Source: Synechococcus sp. A15-28 (GTDB taxonomy: Bacteria > Cyanobacteriota > Cyanobacteriia > PCC-6307 > Cyanobiaceae). Taken from it: a DNA stretch of 32,000 nt. Positions 8,754 through 18,093 of the stretch are shown here, piece after piece. Both the position numbers and the translations under genes were made by a program. Location: the NCBI RefSeq assembly GCF_014280175.1, contig NZ_CP047931.1, positions 510,001 through 542,000 of the forward strand. Direction: 5' to 3'. Numbering within the stretch: the stretch's first letter is position 1; each line of letters opens with the position of its first letter. The notes beneath the pieces were generated by a model. It worked only from the letters and a program-made list of their open reading frames with translations, ran no database searches and was not told the origin of the DNA.

Positions 8754-10874
8754 TTAAAACGTCAGATCTGATGCAACGTCCCGGGCGAGCAGCAGCACCA
8801 GGCTGCGGCTCGCCAGCGGGATGTCCACACCGTCGACCGGCACCGCTTGTGCCGGCAGGTCCTCTCCGGCGGGCAGGGAGGTGTCGATCACCTGCATCCA
8901 GGGGGAGGCCGGCACCGGCAGTTCGAAATTGAGCGGTTCGTTGTAGGCGTTGAAGCCCATCCACAACAGGGCGCCGCGGCTGCCCATGTGCAGGCTGGTG
9001 GCCGTGGTGCGGCTCCAGGCCGCCCAGTCGGGTTTGCTCAGCTCCACGCCGTGCCATTGCCGCCACAGGCCGCTGGGGGGCTGCAGTTGCTTGCGGTTGG
9101 GCTCCACCGGTGGCACCAGGGGGTTGAACAGTTGCGGCAGGGCCTGACGCAATTTCAGCAAGCGCTGCAGGAAGCACTTCAGGTCCAGATCGCAGTGGTC
9201 GTCGTTCCACACCATCCAGCTGAGGGGGCTGTCCTGGCACCAGCTGTTGTTGTTGCCCCCCTGGCTGCGGCCCACCTCATCGCCCATCAGCAGCATTGGC
9301 ACGCCGCGAGCCAGCAGCAGGGTGCTCAGCAGATTGCGCTGCTGACGCCTGCGCAGGGCCAGCATCTGTGGATCGGTCGTCGGACCCTCCACGCCATGGT
9401 TCCAGCTGTTGTTGTGGTTTTCACCGTCGCGGTTGTCTTCGCCGTTGGCCAGGTTGTGTTTGCGGTTGTAGGCCACCAGGTCCGCCAGGGTGAAACCGTC
9501 GTGTGCGGTGATCAGGTTCACCGAGCGGCCCAGGTCCACCGGCTTGTCGTTGTACAGATCCGGACTGCCCTTGAACCGTTGGGCCAGGCTCCAGGTGCTG
9601 TGCTCGTCGCCCTTCCAGAAGCGGCGCAATCCATCGCGGAAGTGGCCGTTCCAGGTGCCGATCCGCTGGGCCGGAAAGTCTTCCAGCCGGTAGAGGCCGC
9701 CGCAATCCCAGGGCTCGCTCACCAGCTTGAGATCGCTGAGTTCCGGATCGGCTTCGATCGCTTGAAACAGTGGCGGATCATCCAGTGGCTTGAGCTGGTT
9801 GCCGCGGCTGAGGGCGATGCCGAGATCAAAGCGGAAGCCATCCACCCCCAGCTCCAGCGCCCAGCAGCGCATCGATTCCAGGATCAGCTGGGTGCTCAGC
9901 GGTTGGCTGGCGGCGATGGAGTTGCCGCAGCCACTCACATCCAGATAGTCGCCACTGCTGCTCTGGTGGTAGTAAGTGCGATCGGCGAAGCCACGCCAAC
10001 TCAGGGTCGGCCCCAGCCGGGTGCCCTCAGTGGTGTGGTTGTACACCACATCCAGCAACACCTCGATCTCGGCGTCATGGCAGGCCGCCACCAGCTGGCG
10101 CACCTGATGGCGCAGCTGCAGTGGATCGTCTCCACAGCCGTAACCATGGTGGGGCGTAAACCAGCTCAAAGGGCTGTAGCCCCAAACGTTGTCGCGGCCT
10201 AGTGGCGCATCGGCAGGGTCGAAGCAGAACACCGGCAGCAGTTCGATCGCCGTGATGCCGAGGTCCTTGAGGTAGGGCAGTTTGTCGATCAGCCCCAGGT
10301 AGGTGCCCCGCTGATCCGCGGCGACGCCGGAATCTTCGCGGCGGGTGAAGCCGCCCACGTGCATTTCGTAGATCACCGAGCGCTGCCAGCTGTGGCGGGG
10401 CCGGGGATGGTTCTGGAAATCGAAGCGATCCCGTTCGGTCACCACCGCCTTCAGGCAGGCGTGGGCGTTCGGGGTTGGGCCGGTGGCCAGCACCCGGTCG
10501 TAGACGTCCCAGCCGCTGATGGCACGGGCTGCCGGATCCAGCAGCACCTTGGCGGGCTGGAAGCCGTGCCCCCCCGACGCCAGAGGCCCGAACACCCGGT
10601 AGCCGTAGCAGCAGCCCTCGCCAACCCCCTCCAGCTCCACATGCCAGTAATCGCCGGAGCGGTGGCGGCGGGCATCCAGTTCAATCACCCGCTGAGGTGT
10701 CGGCGCCGTCGCCGTCTCGAAGATCAGCAGCTCGATCCGGTCCGCCGCCGGTGCCGCCACCGAGAAATTCACGCCCCGCGGAGTGATGCTGCTGCCGAGG
10801 GGCCAGGGCGTGCCCGGATGGATGCCGCTCAAGGCCTTGAGGCATGGCACGTTCAAACTAGTGGTTTGGTCCAA
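8754..10874 (-). CDS. glgX: Glycogen debranching enzyme (isoamylase-type)
   Basis: 706 aa ORF with GH13 motifs (YEMHVGGFTRREDSGV, LLDVVYNHTTEGT, GFRFDLGIALSR, NLITAHDGFTLADLVAYNRKHNLANGEDNRDG). Confidence 0.95.
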   Translation of the reverse strand: MDQTTSLNVPCLKALSGIHPGTPWPLGSSITPRGVNFSVAAPAADRIELLIFETATAPTPQRVIELDARRHRSGDYWHVELEGVGEGCCYGYRVFGPLASGGHGFQPAKVLLDPAARAISGWDVYDRVLATGPTPNAHACLKAVVTERDRFDFQNHPRPRHSWQRSVIYEMHVGGFTRREDSGVAADQRGTYLGLIDKLPYLKDLGITAIELLPVFCFDPADAPLGRDNVWGYSPLSWFTPHHGYGCGDDPLQLRHQVRQLVAACHDAEIEVLLDVVYNHTTEGTRLGPTLSWRGFADRTYYHQSSSGDYLDVSGCGNSIAASQPLSTQLILESMRCWALELGVDGFRFDLGIALSRGNQLKPLDDPPLFQAIEADPELSDLKLVSEPWDCGGLYRLEDFPAQRIGTWNGHFRDGLRRFWKGDEHSTWSLAQRFKGSPDLYNDKPVDLGRSVNLITAHDGFTLADLVAYNRKHNLANGEDNRDGENHNNSWNHGVEGPTTDPQMLALRRRQQRNLLSTLLLARGVPMLLMGDEVGRSQGGNNNSWCQDSPLSWMVWNDDHCDLDLKCFLQRLLKLRQALPQLFNPLVPPVEPNRKQLQPPSGLWRQWHGVELSKPDWAAWSRTTATSLHMGSRGALLWMGFNAYNEPLNFELPVPASPWMQVIDTSLPAGEDLPAQAVPVDGVDIPLASRSLVLLLARDVASDLTF

Positions 10875-10885
10875 AGCTGAACGTC

Positions 10886-11530
10886 ATGACGATGACCACG
10901 GCCTTGGAGCCCGGTCGGCCTCCTCAGCAGCTGCGGAACGATCTCTGGCTGTTCCCCCCCAACCGCGACTGCCAGGGGGGCAGTGCCTGGTGGCTGGCGG
11001 CGGAGCCGGAGCCGGTGCTGATCGATTGCCCCCCACTCACCGAAGCAACCCTGACGGCCCTGCGTGACCTGGCGGGGGACCGCACTCCGCGCATCCTGCT
11101 CACCAGCCGGGAGGGGCATGGTCGCCTGCGGCGCGTCCAGGAACGTTTCGGCTGGCCGGTGCTGGTGCAGGAGCAGGAGGCTTATCTGCTGCCCAATGTG
11201 GAGCCCCTCGACACGTTCGCTGAGGAGCACGTCACCAGCAGTGGCCTTCGCTTGCTCTGGACCACCGGTCCAACTCCCGGCAGTTGTGTGGTGTACGCCC
11301 CCGTCGCCGATCTGTTGTTCTGCGGTCGTTTGCTGACGCCGTTAAGCCCAGGTCGCCTGGGACCGTTGCGCCATGGCCGCACATTTCACTGGCCACACCA
11401 ACTCGAAAGTCTGCGGCGGCTGCGCGACTGGCTTCCTTCAGAAGTCAGTCCCCAACTGGCATCTGGGGCAGGCCTCGGGGCACTGAGAGGGGAGCGGTTG
11501 GTGCCCTTCAGCGGCTGGTGTGAGGCTTAG
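10886..11530 (+). CDS. MBL-fold (metallo-beta-lactamase-like) hydrolase family protein, possibly degenerate
   Basis: 214 aa: RNDLWLFPPNRDCQGGSAWWLAAEPEPVLIDCPPLTEATLTALRDLAGDRTPRILLTSREGHGRLRRVQERFGWPVLVQEQEAYLL.... The overall layout is MBL-like, but the canonical HxHxDH motif is not intact (TSREGHG). Confidence 0.65.
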   Translation: MTMTTALEPGRPPQQLRNDLWLFPPNRDCQGGSAWWLAAEPEPVLIDCPPLTEATLTALRDLAGDRTPRILLTSREGHGRLRRVQERFGWPVLVQEQEAYLLPNVEPLDTFAEEHVTSSGLRLLWTTGPTPGSCVVYAPVADLLFCGRLLTPLSPGRLGPLRHGRTFHWPHQLESLRRLRDWLPSEVSPQLASGAGLGALRGERLVPFSGWCEA

Positions 11531-11673
11531 TAACCCAGCTAAAGCATTGCGGCACGGGACTTGTCGCTTGCAGGCCCCGGTCAGCCTCCATACGATTGGC
11601 GCGCTTGGGGAAGGCAGCGGCGGGACCGAACGCCGTTTCAGCGCCGTCTCCGCCTCCCGACTCTCCCTCTCCA

Positions 11674-11949
11674 ATGAACAAAGCTGACCTGGTTAATCTG
11701 GTGGCTGCTCGCACCGAGCTCACCAAGACCGACGTCTCGATGGTTGTCGACGCCGCGATCGAAACCATCATCGATTCCGTTGTCGAAGGCAAAAAGGTGT
11801 CGATCCTCGGTTTCGGCTCCTTCGAGCCCCGCGAGCGTTCCGCCCGTCAGGGTCTGAACCCCAAGACCGGCGAAAAGATCGCCATCCCCGCCAAGCGCGT
11901 GCCCGCCTTCACCGCCGGCAAGATGTTCAAGGACCGCGTTCAGGGCTGA
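11674..11949 (+). CDS. hup: HU-family DNA-binding protein
   Basis: MNKADLVNLVAARTELTKTDVSMVVDAAIETIIDSVVEGKKVSILGFGSFEPRERSARQGLNPKTGEKIAIPAKRVPAFTAGKMFKDRV, a canonical HU. Confidence 0.97.
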   Translation: MNKADLVNLVAARTELTKTDVSMVVDAAIETIIDSVVEGKKVSILGFGSFEPRERSARQGLNPKTGEKIAIPAKRVPAFTAGKMFKDRVQG

Positions 11950-11970
11950 TCCAACACGATTGTCTGATCG

Positions 11971-12000
11971 AATAGGCGGTCCAGGGGGCCGCCTATTTTG
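11971..12000 (+). terminator. Rho-independent-like terminator after the HU gene
   Basis: Perfect 9-bp stem AATAGGCGG/CCGCCTATT with a 9-nt loop and a short T run. It abuts the gluQRS start. Confidence 0.7.
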
Positions 12001-12882
12001 ATGCCTGTTCCCGATCACCTGCTGATGGGTCTGGAGCAGGGCCAGCGCTGGCGGGCCGAAGGCCGATACCGCGGTCGCTACGCCCCCTCCCCTACCGGTG
12101 TGCTGCATCTCGGCAATCTGCAGACAGCCCTGTTGTCCTGGCTGCAGGCGCGCCAGGCCGGCGGACTCTGGCTGTTGCGCATCGATGACCTAGACACCCC
12201 CCGCAACCGGCCCGGTGCCGTTGAAGCGATCCAGGCCGACCTGCGCTGGCTCGGTCTCGACTGGGACGGGGAGCCGATGCTCCAGAGCTCCCGCCGCGGG
12301 CTGTACTCCTCCTGGCTCTCCTGGTTACGCCGCAGCGCTCTTCTGTTCCCCTGCCGTTGCTCACGGCGGGAGCTGGCCGGATTGGCCCGCTACCCCGGCA
12401 CCTGTCGCGAGGGCAGCGGCGGCTGGGGTTGGCGCGATCGCCGGCTGCCCAGCTGGCGGTTGCGGGTGCCCAGCGACGATCCGGACCGCAGCGGGGATGT
12501 GGTGGTGCGCCGGGCCGATGGGTTCATTGCCTATCAGCTGGCCACCGTGATCGATGAACTGGTCCTCGGCATCAGCGATGTGGTGCGCGGGGAAGACCTT
12601 CGAGAGGCTCTGCCCGCCCAGCGCAGCCTGTACAGGGCCCTGCAACAGCCGCCACCACGCTTTCACCACGGCCCCTTGCGTTGTGATGCCGCAGGACGAA
12701 AGCTGTCGAAACGTGAAGCCAGTGCGGGGTTGAACAGCCTGCGAGAGCAGGGGCTGGACGCCGCGGCTGTGATCGGTCTGCTGGCCTCCGATCTCGGGTC
12801 TGTCCCGTCGGGAACCCGCCTGTCAGCCCAGGAGCTGCTGGAGCACTTGACTCAGAAAGGGATCCATGTTAGTCATTCTTAA
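12001..12882 (+). CDS. gluQ: Glutamyl-Q tRNA(Asp) synthetase
   Basis: GRYAPSPTGVLHLGNLQTALLSWLQAR (HIGH region), LLRIDDLDTPRNRPGA and KLSKREASAG (KMSKS-like), with no anticodon-binding domain. Confidence 0.93.
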   Translation: MPVPDHLLMGLEQGQRWRAEGRYRGRYAPSPTGVLHLGNLQTALLSWLQARQAGGLWLLRIDDLDTPRNRPGAVEAIQADLRWLGLDWDGEPMLQSSRRGLYSSWLSWLRRSALLFPCRCSRRELAGLARYPGTCREGSGGWGWRDRRLPSWRLRVPSDDPDRSGDVVVRRADGFIAYQLATVIDELVLGISDVVRGEDLREALPAQRSLYRALQQPPPRFHHGPLRCDAAGRKLSKREASAGLNSLREQGLDAAAVIGLLASDLGSVPSGTRLSAQELLEHLTQKGIHVSHS

Positions 12883-12948
12883 GGAAGGCTTCGGGATCGA
12901 TTGGGCCGATTGGTAGCACACTGATTTCATCGATTCAGCGCACCGGTC

Positions 12949-13137
12949 ATGAGCACCTGCACCATCTGTGGAGGCAGCGGCATCCAACGCGTCTCCGGCC
13001 AGCATTACCGCACCTGCCTGACCTGCCTTGGGCAAGGCCAGCTCAGCGCCGCAATCCAAGCAGCACCCATGAATCAGTTGTCCACTTCGGATCTGACCGT
13101 GGCCCAGCTGAATGGCTTGATCCGTCAGCAGTCCTGA
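12949..13137 (+). CDS. Small CxxCxGxG-type zinc-finger-like protein
   Basis: 62 aa: MSTCTICGGSGIQRVSGQHYRTCLTCLGQGQ..., with two CxxC knuckles resembling a DnaJ cysteine-rich repeat. Confidence 0.65.
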   Translation: MSTCTICGGSGIQRVSGQHYRTCLTCLGQGQLSAAIQAAPMNQLSTSDLTVAQLNGLIRQQS

Positions 13138-13150
13138 TCAACGCCCCAGC

Positions 13151-13270
13151 TCAGCCCAGTGGAGCCTTTTCCTTGTTGCGCAGGACGAAAAGGGTGGCGG
13201 TGCCAACAACCACCAGCAATGGCACAGCGGTGAACAGCAGCAGAGCAATCGCGGTCCAGTCGGTGTACAC
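13151..13270 (-). CDS. Candidate 39-aa single-TM small membrane protein
   Basis: From GTG 13270: (V)YTDWTAIALLLFTAVPLLVVVGTATLFVLRNKEKAPLG, one hydrophobic helix with a positive C-terminal tail. The ORF extends upstream to 13336. Confidence 0.5.
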   Translation of the reverse strand: MYTDWTAIALLLFTAVPLLVVVGTATLFVLRNKEKAPLG

Positions 13271-13329
13271 GGCTGAGCTCGGGAACAAAGTTGAGTCATC
13301 ATCACAGCAAACCGTCTCCAGGTTTCGTG

Positions 13330-13644
13330 ATGGCACGACCCGTCACAGTCATGGCCCTTGTCCTGACCCTCAGCACTACTGAAGGTGCCCAGGCGGCTGG
13401 GTTGGCCGCTGTTCAAGGTGATGCTCGACTGTGCTTGCAGGCCGGATCTTCATCCGCCTGCGAGCGCGCTCTGGATCGGGCTGAACAGCTTCAGCGCCGG
13501 GCGGCGGACCTGGAGGCCTACCCCTGTCAGACCCTGCTGCTGGCCCTCCAGGCTGATGTGATCCTGCAACAGCTGGGCCAGGGGCGTGGTGAGCAAGCCC
13601 TGGCCGATCTCGATGCTGCCGTTCGTGGTTGTGCCGGGTTGTGA
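13330..13644 (+). CDS. Hypothetical secreted Cys-containing protein
   Basis: MARPVTVMALVLTLSTTEGAQAAGL signal peptide, then 4 Cys in a helical segment (LCLQAGSSSACERALDRAEQLQRRAADLEAYPCQTLLLALQADVILQQL...). Confidence 0.6.
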   Translation: MARPVTVMALVLTLSTTEGAQAAGLAAVQGDARLCLQAGSSSACERALDRAEQLQRRAADLEAYPCQTLLLALQADVILQQLGQGRGEQALADLDAAVRGCAGL

Positions 13645-13662
13645 GCACATTGATCTTGATGC

Positions 13663-14391
13663 TCAGCCTCGTCGCTCCCGGTGCATCCAGCTGATCCAGT
13701 CCGCAGAGATCTCCTGTGGGCAGACCGCTTCGCATTCGAGGTTGCTGCTGCAGCTGCCGAAGCCTTCAGCCCGCATCTGATCCTGCATGGCCCGGGCCCT
13801 TGAGGCGCGCTCCGGCTGGCCCTGGGGCAGTTGACCGAGGTGCGCCAATTTGGCGGCGACAAACAAACTGGCAGAGGCATTCCTGCAGCTGGCCACGCAG
13901 GCACCGCAGCCGATGCAGGTGGCCGTGCTGAGGGCACTGGTGGCCTGGTCGCGGCCCACCGGCATGGCATTCCCATCCGGCGCTTGACCCGTGCCGGTGG
14001 AGCAATAGCCCCCCGCGGCGATCAGCCGGTCCAAGGCTGAGCGGTCCACCATCAGATCCTGGATGGCCGGAAAGGCCTTGGCGCGCCAGGGCTCCAGGGT
14101 CAATTCGGCGCCGTCCTCGAATTCCCGCAGATAGAGCTGACACACCGACGTGGCGGCTTTGGGGCCGTGGGCCTGGCCGTTCACCAGAAAGCCGCAGCTA
14201 CCGCAGATGCCTTCCCGGCAATCGTGCTCAAAACTCACCGGCCGCTCCCCCTCACTGATCAATTGCTCGTTCAGCTGATCGAGGGCCTCCAGCAGTGACA
14301 CATCCGGCGACACATCCGCCAGACCGTGGCGTTCGTAGCGGCCGGGTTGGTTTGCAGCGGGCTGACGCCAGATGCGCAGGGTGAGTTTCAT
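13663..14391 (-). CDS. sdhB: Succinate dehydrogenase/fumarate reductase iron-sulfur subunit
   Basis: 242 aa with [34 protein letters not shown] and [10 protein letters not shown] Fe-S motifs. Confidence 0.95.
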   Translation of the reverse strand: MKLTLRIWRQPAANQPGRYERHGLADVSPDVSLLEALDQLNEQLISEGERPVSFEHDCREGICGSCGFLVNGQAHGPKAATSVCQLYLREFEDGAELTLEPWRAKAFPAIQDLMVDRSALDRLIAAGGYCSTGTGQAPDGNAMPVGRDQATSALSTATCIGCGACVASCRNASASLFVAAKLAHLGQLPQGQPERASRARAMQDQMRAEGFGSCSSNLECEAVCPQEISADWISWMHRERRG

Positions 14392-16304
14392 TTGTAACTC
14401 CTGGTGCTGGGTTGCAGCGAGGTGAACTGCAGCGCTTCGCTGTGGCGGATCGGCTCGGCACCATCCTGGTGTTCCCAGGCGGCGATGTGGGCGAAGTTGG
14501 CGTCATCACGGCGGGCTTCTCCCTCCGGGCTCTGGTGCTCCTCGCGGAAGTGGGCCCCGCAGGACTCCTCCCGCGCCAAGGCATCCCGCAGCATCAGCTG
14601 CGCCAACCCGAAGAAATCACCCACCCGCAGCGCCTTCTCCAGTTCGGCGTTGGGTCCCTGGCTCTCTCCGGGCACCCGCACCTCAGCCTGGAAGCGCTGT
14701 TCCAACGCGTTCACCTGGGCGATGCCCTCCCGCAGGCCATCGGCTTTGCGGCTGATGCCGCAGCGGTCGATCATCACCGCACCCAGTTCCCGGTGGAAGC
14801 TGTCCACAGGGGTTGTCCCGTCAATGGCCAACATGGCCTCGATGCGGAGGCGGGTGCTCTCCAGGGCATCGCGGCAGGCGGGGTGATCCGGCCTCACCTC
14901 CGGGGCAGGGTGGCCCGCCAGCCAGGCCGTGACCGTGGACGGCGCAATGAAGTAGCCATCGGCGAGGCCTTGCATCAGGGCGCTCGCCCCCAGGCGGTTG
15001 GCGCCGTGTTCGGAGTAGTTCGCCTCCCCCAGCACGAACAAGCCGGGGATGGAGCTCATCAACTGATAATCCACCCACAGGCCACCCATCGTGTAGTGGG
15101 GGGCGGGGTAGATCCGCATCGGTTTGCGGTAAGGATCATCACCGCTGATCCGCTCGTACATCGTCATCAAGTTGCCGTAGCGGGCAGCGATGGCGTCGCG
15201 GCCCTCAGCCTTGATCGCATCCGTCAGATCCAGATAGACCGATCGACCTCCGGGGCCTACGCCCCGACCCGCATTGCACAGTTCCCGCGCCCGGCGTGAG
15301 GCCACGTCCCGAGGGGCCATGTTGCCGTAACTGGGATAAAGCCGCTCCAGGAAATAGTCGCGTTCCTGCTCCGGGATCTCCTCGGCGGAGCGGGGGTCCC
15401 CCGCGTTCACCGGCAGCCAGATCCGGCCGTCGTTGCGCAGGCTTTCGCTCATCAGCGTCAGCTTGCTCTGGAAGGCATCACCACTGGGAATGCAGGTGGG
15501 GTGAATCTGGGTGAAGCAGGGGTTGGCGAACAGGGCGCCCTTGCGGTGGGCTCGCCAGATGGCGCTGGCGTTGGATTTCAGCGCGTTCGTCGAGAGGAAG
15601 TAGACATTGCTGTAACCCCCGCTGCAGAGCAGCACCGTGCGTGCCGTGTGCACCTCCAGCTCACCGCTGAGCAGGTGGCGGGCCACCACGCCCCGTGCCA
15701 CGCCATCGACGGTGATCAGCTCGAGCACATCACGGCGGGTGAGCAGTCGCACCCGGCCAAGCTCCACCTGGCGCATCAACGCCTGATAGGCGCCGTACAG
15801 CAACTGCTGACCGGTCTGGCCGCGGGCGTAGAAGGTGCGGCTCACCAGGGCGCCGCCGAAGCTGCGGGTGGCCAGGCTGCCGCCGTACTCCCGCGCGAAC
15901 GGCACCCCCTGGGCGACGCACTGGTCGATGATGGAGCTGCTGATCTCCGCCAGCCGCTGGCAGCCGCTCTCCCGAGCGCGGAAATCTCCCCCTTTCAGGG
16001 TGTCGGTGAACAGGCGACTGATGCTGTCGCCGTCCACGGCGACGGATCGTGCCGCATTGATCCCGCCCTGGGCCGCCACCGAATGGGCTCGGCGGGGGCT
16101 GTCGTGAAAGCTCAGCACCGTCACCCGGTAGCCCTGCTGCGCCAGGGTCGCTGCGGCGGAGGCCCCTGCCAGGCCGGTGCCCACCACAAGCACGTCGATC
16201 TGGCCCTTGCGCAGGGGGCTGATCAGGGGGAGTCCCTCCTTGGTGCGCTGCCAGGCATCGCTGATCGGACCGGCAGGAATCCTTGGGTCGGGCAGGCCGC
16301 TCAT
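14388..16304 (-). CDS. sdhA: Succinate dehydrogenase/fumarate reductase flavoprotein subunit
   Basis: Starts [12 protein letters not shown]...[29 protein letters not shown]-His motif context [12 protein letters not shown] and [46 protein letters not shown]. The ORF extension to 16778 is a non-coding overhang. Confidence 0.95.
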   Translation of the reverse strand: MSGLPDPRIPAGPISDAWQRTKEGLPLISPLRKGQIDVLVVGTGLAGASAAATLAQQGYRVTVLSFHDSPRRAHSVAAQGGINAARSVAVDGDSISRLFTDTLKGGDFRARESGCQRLAEISSSIIDQCVAQGVPFAREYGGSLATRSFGGALVSRTFYARGQTGQQLLYGAYQALMRQVELGRVRLLTRRDVLELITVDGVARGVVARHLLSGELEVHTARTVLLCSGGYSNVYFLSTNALKSNASAIWRAHRKGALFANPCFTQIHPTCIPSGDAFQSKLTLMSESLRNDGRIWLPVNAGDPRSAEEIPEQERDYFLERLYPSYGNMAPRDVASRRARELCNAGRGVGPGGRSVYLDLTDAIKAEGRDAIAARYGNLMTMYERISGDDPYRKPMRIYPAPHYTMGGLWVDYQLMSSIPGLFVLGEANYSEHGANRLGASALMQGLADGYFIAPSTVTAWLAGHPAPEVRPDHPACRDALESTRLRIEAMLAIDGTTPVDSFHRELGAVMIDRCGISRKADGLREGIAQVNALEQRFQAEVRVPGESQGPNAELEKALRVGDFFGLAQLMLRDALAREESCGAHFREEHQSPEGEARRDDANFAHIAAWEHQDGAEPIRHSEALQFTSLQPSTRSYK

Positions 16305-16963
16305 GCGACACCTCCCAGCGCCAGCACCAGGGTGACGGTCAGGAAGCCGCCGCCGACCAGGGCGGCCATAAGGCCCCCCCCCGTGCGCAGGGCGCCGCTG
16401 TTGTGCGGTGTCAACCAGCCCAGGCTGCGGTGGGCGGCCTCCGCGCCGTGGAGCAGATGGAGGGCCAGGGCCAAAGCTGCACCTGCGTAGAGGGCTGCGT
16501 TCCAGGGTTGTTGCAGCACCTGGATCAATGTGGCGGCTTCCTCTCCAGCTGCAGGGCGGGGCCAGCGCAATTGCTGCAGGTGCAGGATCAGAAATCCAAG
16601 GGTCACCAGACCGGCTGCTGTCGCGCTGCGGCTGGCCAGGGACGCCAGGGGGGATTGGCGACGACTGCGCAGCGTTGCGGTGTTGCCGGCTCTGCGGTTG
16701 GCCATGGCCTTGCTGAGGGTGAGGCTGATGTGAATCACGGCCAGCAGCAGCAGGCCGAACTCCACCAGCGGCAGCCATGGGCTGCTGTGCAGCGCTGTGG
16801 CATAGACCTCGAATTGCTCAGGCGCCAGCACCGCTGGCAGCAGGCCGATCAGATGCACCAGCACAAAAAGCACCAGCAGCAATCCCGTGAGGGCGGCACC
16901 CGAGCGAATCCACGCTGAAGGGATGGTGACCAAGGCAGCCTCAGCACGACAGCTGAAGTCCAT
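16301..16963 (-). CDS. sdhC: Succinate dehydrogenase cytochrome b (membrane anchor) subunit, fused B-type-like
   Basis: From ATG 16963: [42 protein letters not shown]..., five hydrophobic helices with histidines. It overlaps sdhA by 4 nt. Confidence 0.85.
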   Translation of the reverse strand: MDFSCRAEAALVTIPSAWIRSGAALTGLLLVLFVLVHLIGLLPAVLAPEQFEVYATALHSSPWLPLVEFGLLLLAVIHISLTLSKAMANRRAGNTATLRSRRQSPLASLASRSATAAGLVTLGFLILHLQQLRWPRPAAGEEAATLIQVLQQPWNAALYAGAALALALHLLHGAEAAHRSLGWLTPHNSGALRTGGGLMAALVGGGFLTVTLVLALGGVA

Positions 16964-16986
16964 GTTCCCTGATCGCAGCATCCGTT

Positions 16987-18093
16987 GTGATCCAGGAAAG
17001 GAGTTGTCATGGTGGGTTGAGAGCCGATTCGCTGCAGCTCGTGCCCGTTGTGCCGCATCGCCTTCGTTGGTGGATCGCCCTCGTTGCTGCAGCGTTCGCT
17101 TTGACGCTGGCTCTGGGGTTGCAACGGCCATCGGTGCAGCCGCCGATGGCAGCACCTTCGGAGGCTTCCGAAGAGATTGATTGGGGCGCACCGAATGCAC
17201 AGCCATCCCTTGCTGAGGAGCAGCTGCTGCAGGTGGGGGCCTACATCACCAACATCAGCGAGATCGACCTGAGGGAAGACCAGTTCTCCATCGAACTGTT
17301 GCTCTGGACCCTCTGGCATGGGGATCCGGATCAGAACCCCAGTGATCAGTTGCGCGTCCTCAACGGCATCTACAACGGTGATATCCAGCGCTTCGAGCGG
17401 ATCCGCCGGGATCAGGCGGAGGCTCACAGCTGGAGCTTGTACAAGGTGCGTTCACCCGTGGTGAAGCGCTGGCGCCTGCAGCGCTATCCCTTCGACGACC
17501 AGCTCCTGCACGTTCAGATCGGTCTTGATGACCCCTTGCAGCCGGTGAACCTGGATGTGGTGCCGCAGGCCCCCTGCAGCGTGACCCCTAGCCTGTTGCT
17601 GCCGGGCTGGACCCTGAAGGACCCAAGCGGTTACGCCTCCAGCATCAGCCTGATGAATGATCTGGGCCGTCCTGTCTCCGATGGCATTGCGGTGCGCCGA
17701 CAACCCACCGTTTCGTTTGATCTGCCGATCCAAAGGCGCAGCTTGCTGTTCGTTGCCCCTGATTTCCTGGGTTACCTGCTGGCGGTCGGACTCTGTTGCA
17801 TGAGTCTGCTGATCACTCGCAGTCGGGACGATCTGATCCTTGCGGCGGTGGTGTCCGCCGGTGGCAACTATGTGTTCATTGCCGGCAATCTCCCTGTGAC
17901 GGCCATGACCGGTTTCATTGGCAATCTGCAACTGATCATTTTCCTGGGCATTCTTTATGTCGTTGCTGCAGACGAACTGATCGACAATCAGCTCAGTCTG
18001 ATCAATACACGGTTTGCTGAGGGGCTGCGGGTGCTGCTTCTGCCCAGTTACGTGGCGATGACGTTGCTGGGAATCTGGTGGATCATTCCATGA
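16987..18093 (+). CDS. Pentameric ligand-gated ion channel-like (GLIC/Cys-loop superfamily-like) membrane protein
   Basis: N-terminal TM, then an extracellular-type beta domain with VGAYITNISEIDLREDQFSIELLLWTLWHG, LQRYPFDDQLLHVQI and LLPGWTLKD. The C-terminus has four TMs: LLFVAPDFLGYLLAVGLCCMSLLI, DDLILAAVVSAGGNYVFIAGNLP, MTGFIGNLQLIIFLGILYVVAAD and VLLLPSYVAMTLLGIWWII. The start codon is uncertain (GTG 16987 or TTG 17017). Confidence 0.8.
   Translation: MIQERSCHGGLRADSLQLVPVVPHRLRWWIALVAAAFALTLALGLQRPSVQPPMAAPSEASEEIDWGAPNAQPSLAEEQLLQVGAYITNISEIDLREDQFSIELLLWTLWHGDPDQNPSDQLRVLNGIYNGDIQRFERIRRDQAEAHSWSLYKVRSPVVKRWRLQRYPFDDQLLHVQIGLDDPLQPVNLDVVPQAPCSVTPSLLLPGWTLKDPSGYASSISLMNDLGRPVSDGIAVRRQPTVSFDLPIQRRSLLFVAPDFLGYLLAVGLCCMSLLITRSRDDLILAAVVSAGGNYVFIAGNLPVTAMTGFIGNLQLIIFLGILYVVAADELIDNQLSLINTRFAEGLRVLLLPSYVAMTLLGIWWIIP

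Noticed and set aside
8680-8760. tRNA-Gly as a possible integrase/prophage attachment site
   Set aside because: No integrase, no duplicated 3' tRNA fragment and no phage genes nearby. Flanking genes are ordinary.
8847-10202. 451-aa plus-strand ORF
   Set aside because: It is antisense to glgX, whose catalytic motifs are intact. The translation is His/Gln/Ala-rich with no domain pattern, typical of high-GC shadow ORFs.
10828-10841. Perfect 14-nt palindrome CTCAAGGCCTTGAG near the glgX start
   Set aside because: It lies within or at the edge of the glgX N-terminal coding region and is short. There is no second copy or half-site array that I can see, so it is not supported as an operator.
15501-16490. 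329-aa plus-strand ORF (also 14412-15299)
   Set aside because: Antisense to the clearly real sdhA.
16305-16778. N-terminal extension of the sdhA ORF
   Set aside because: The extension is antisense-like and overlaps sdhC in another frame. The homologous start is [10 protein letters not shown] at 16304.
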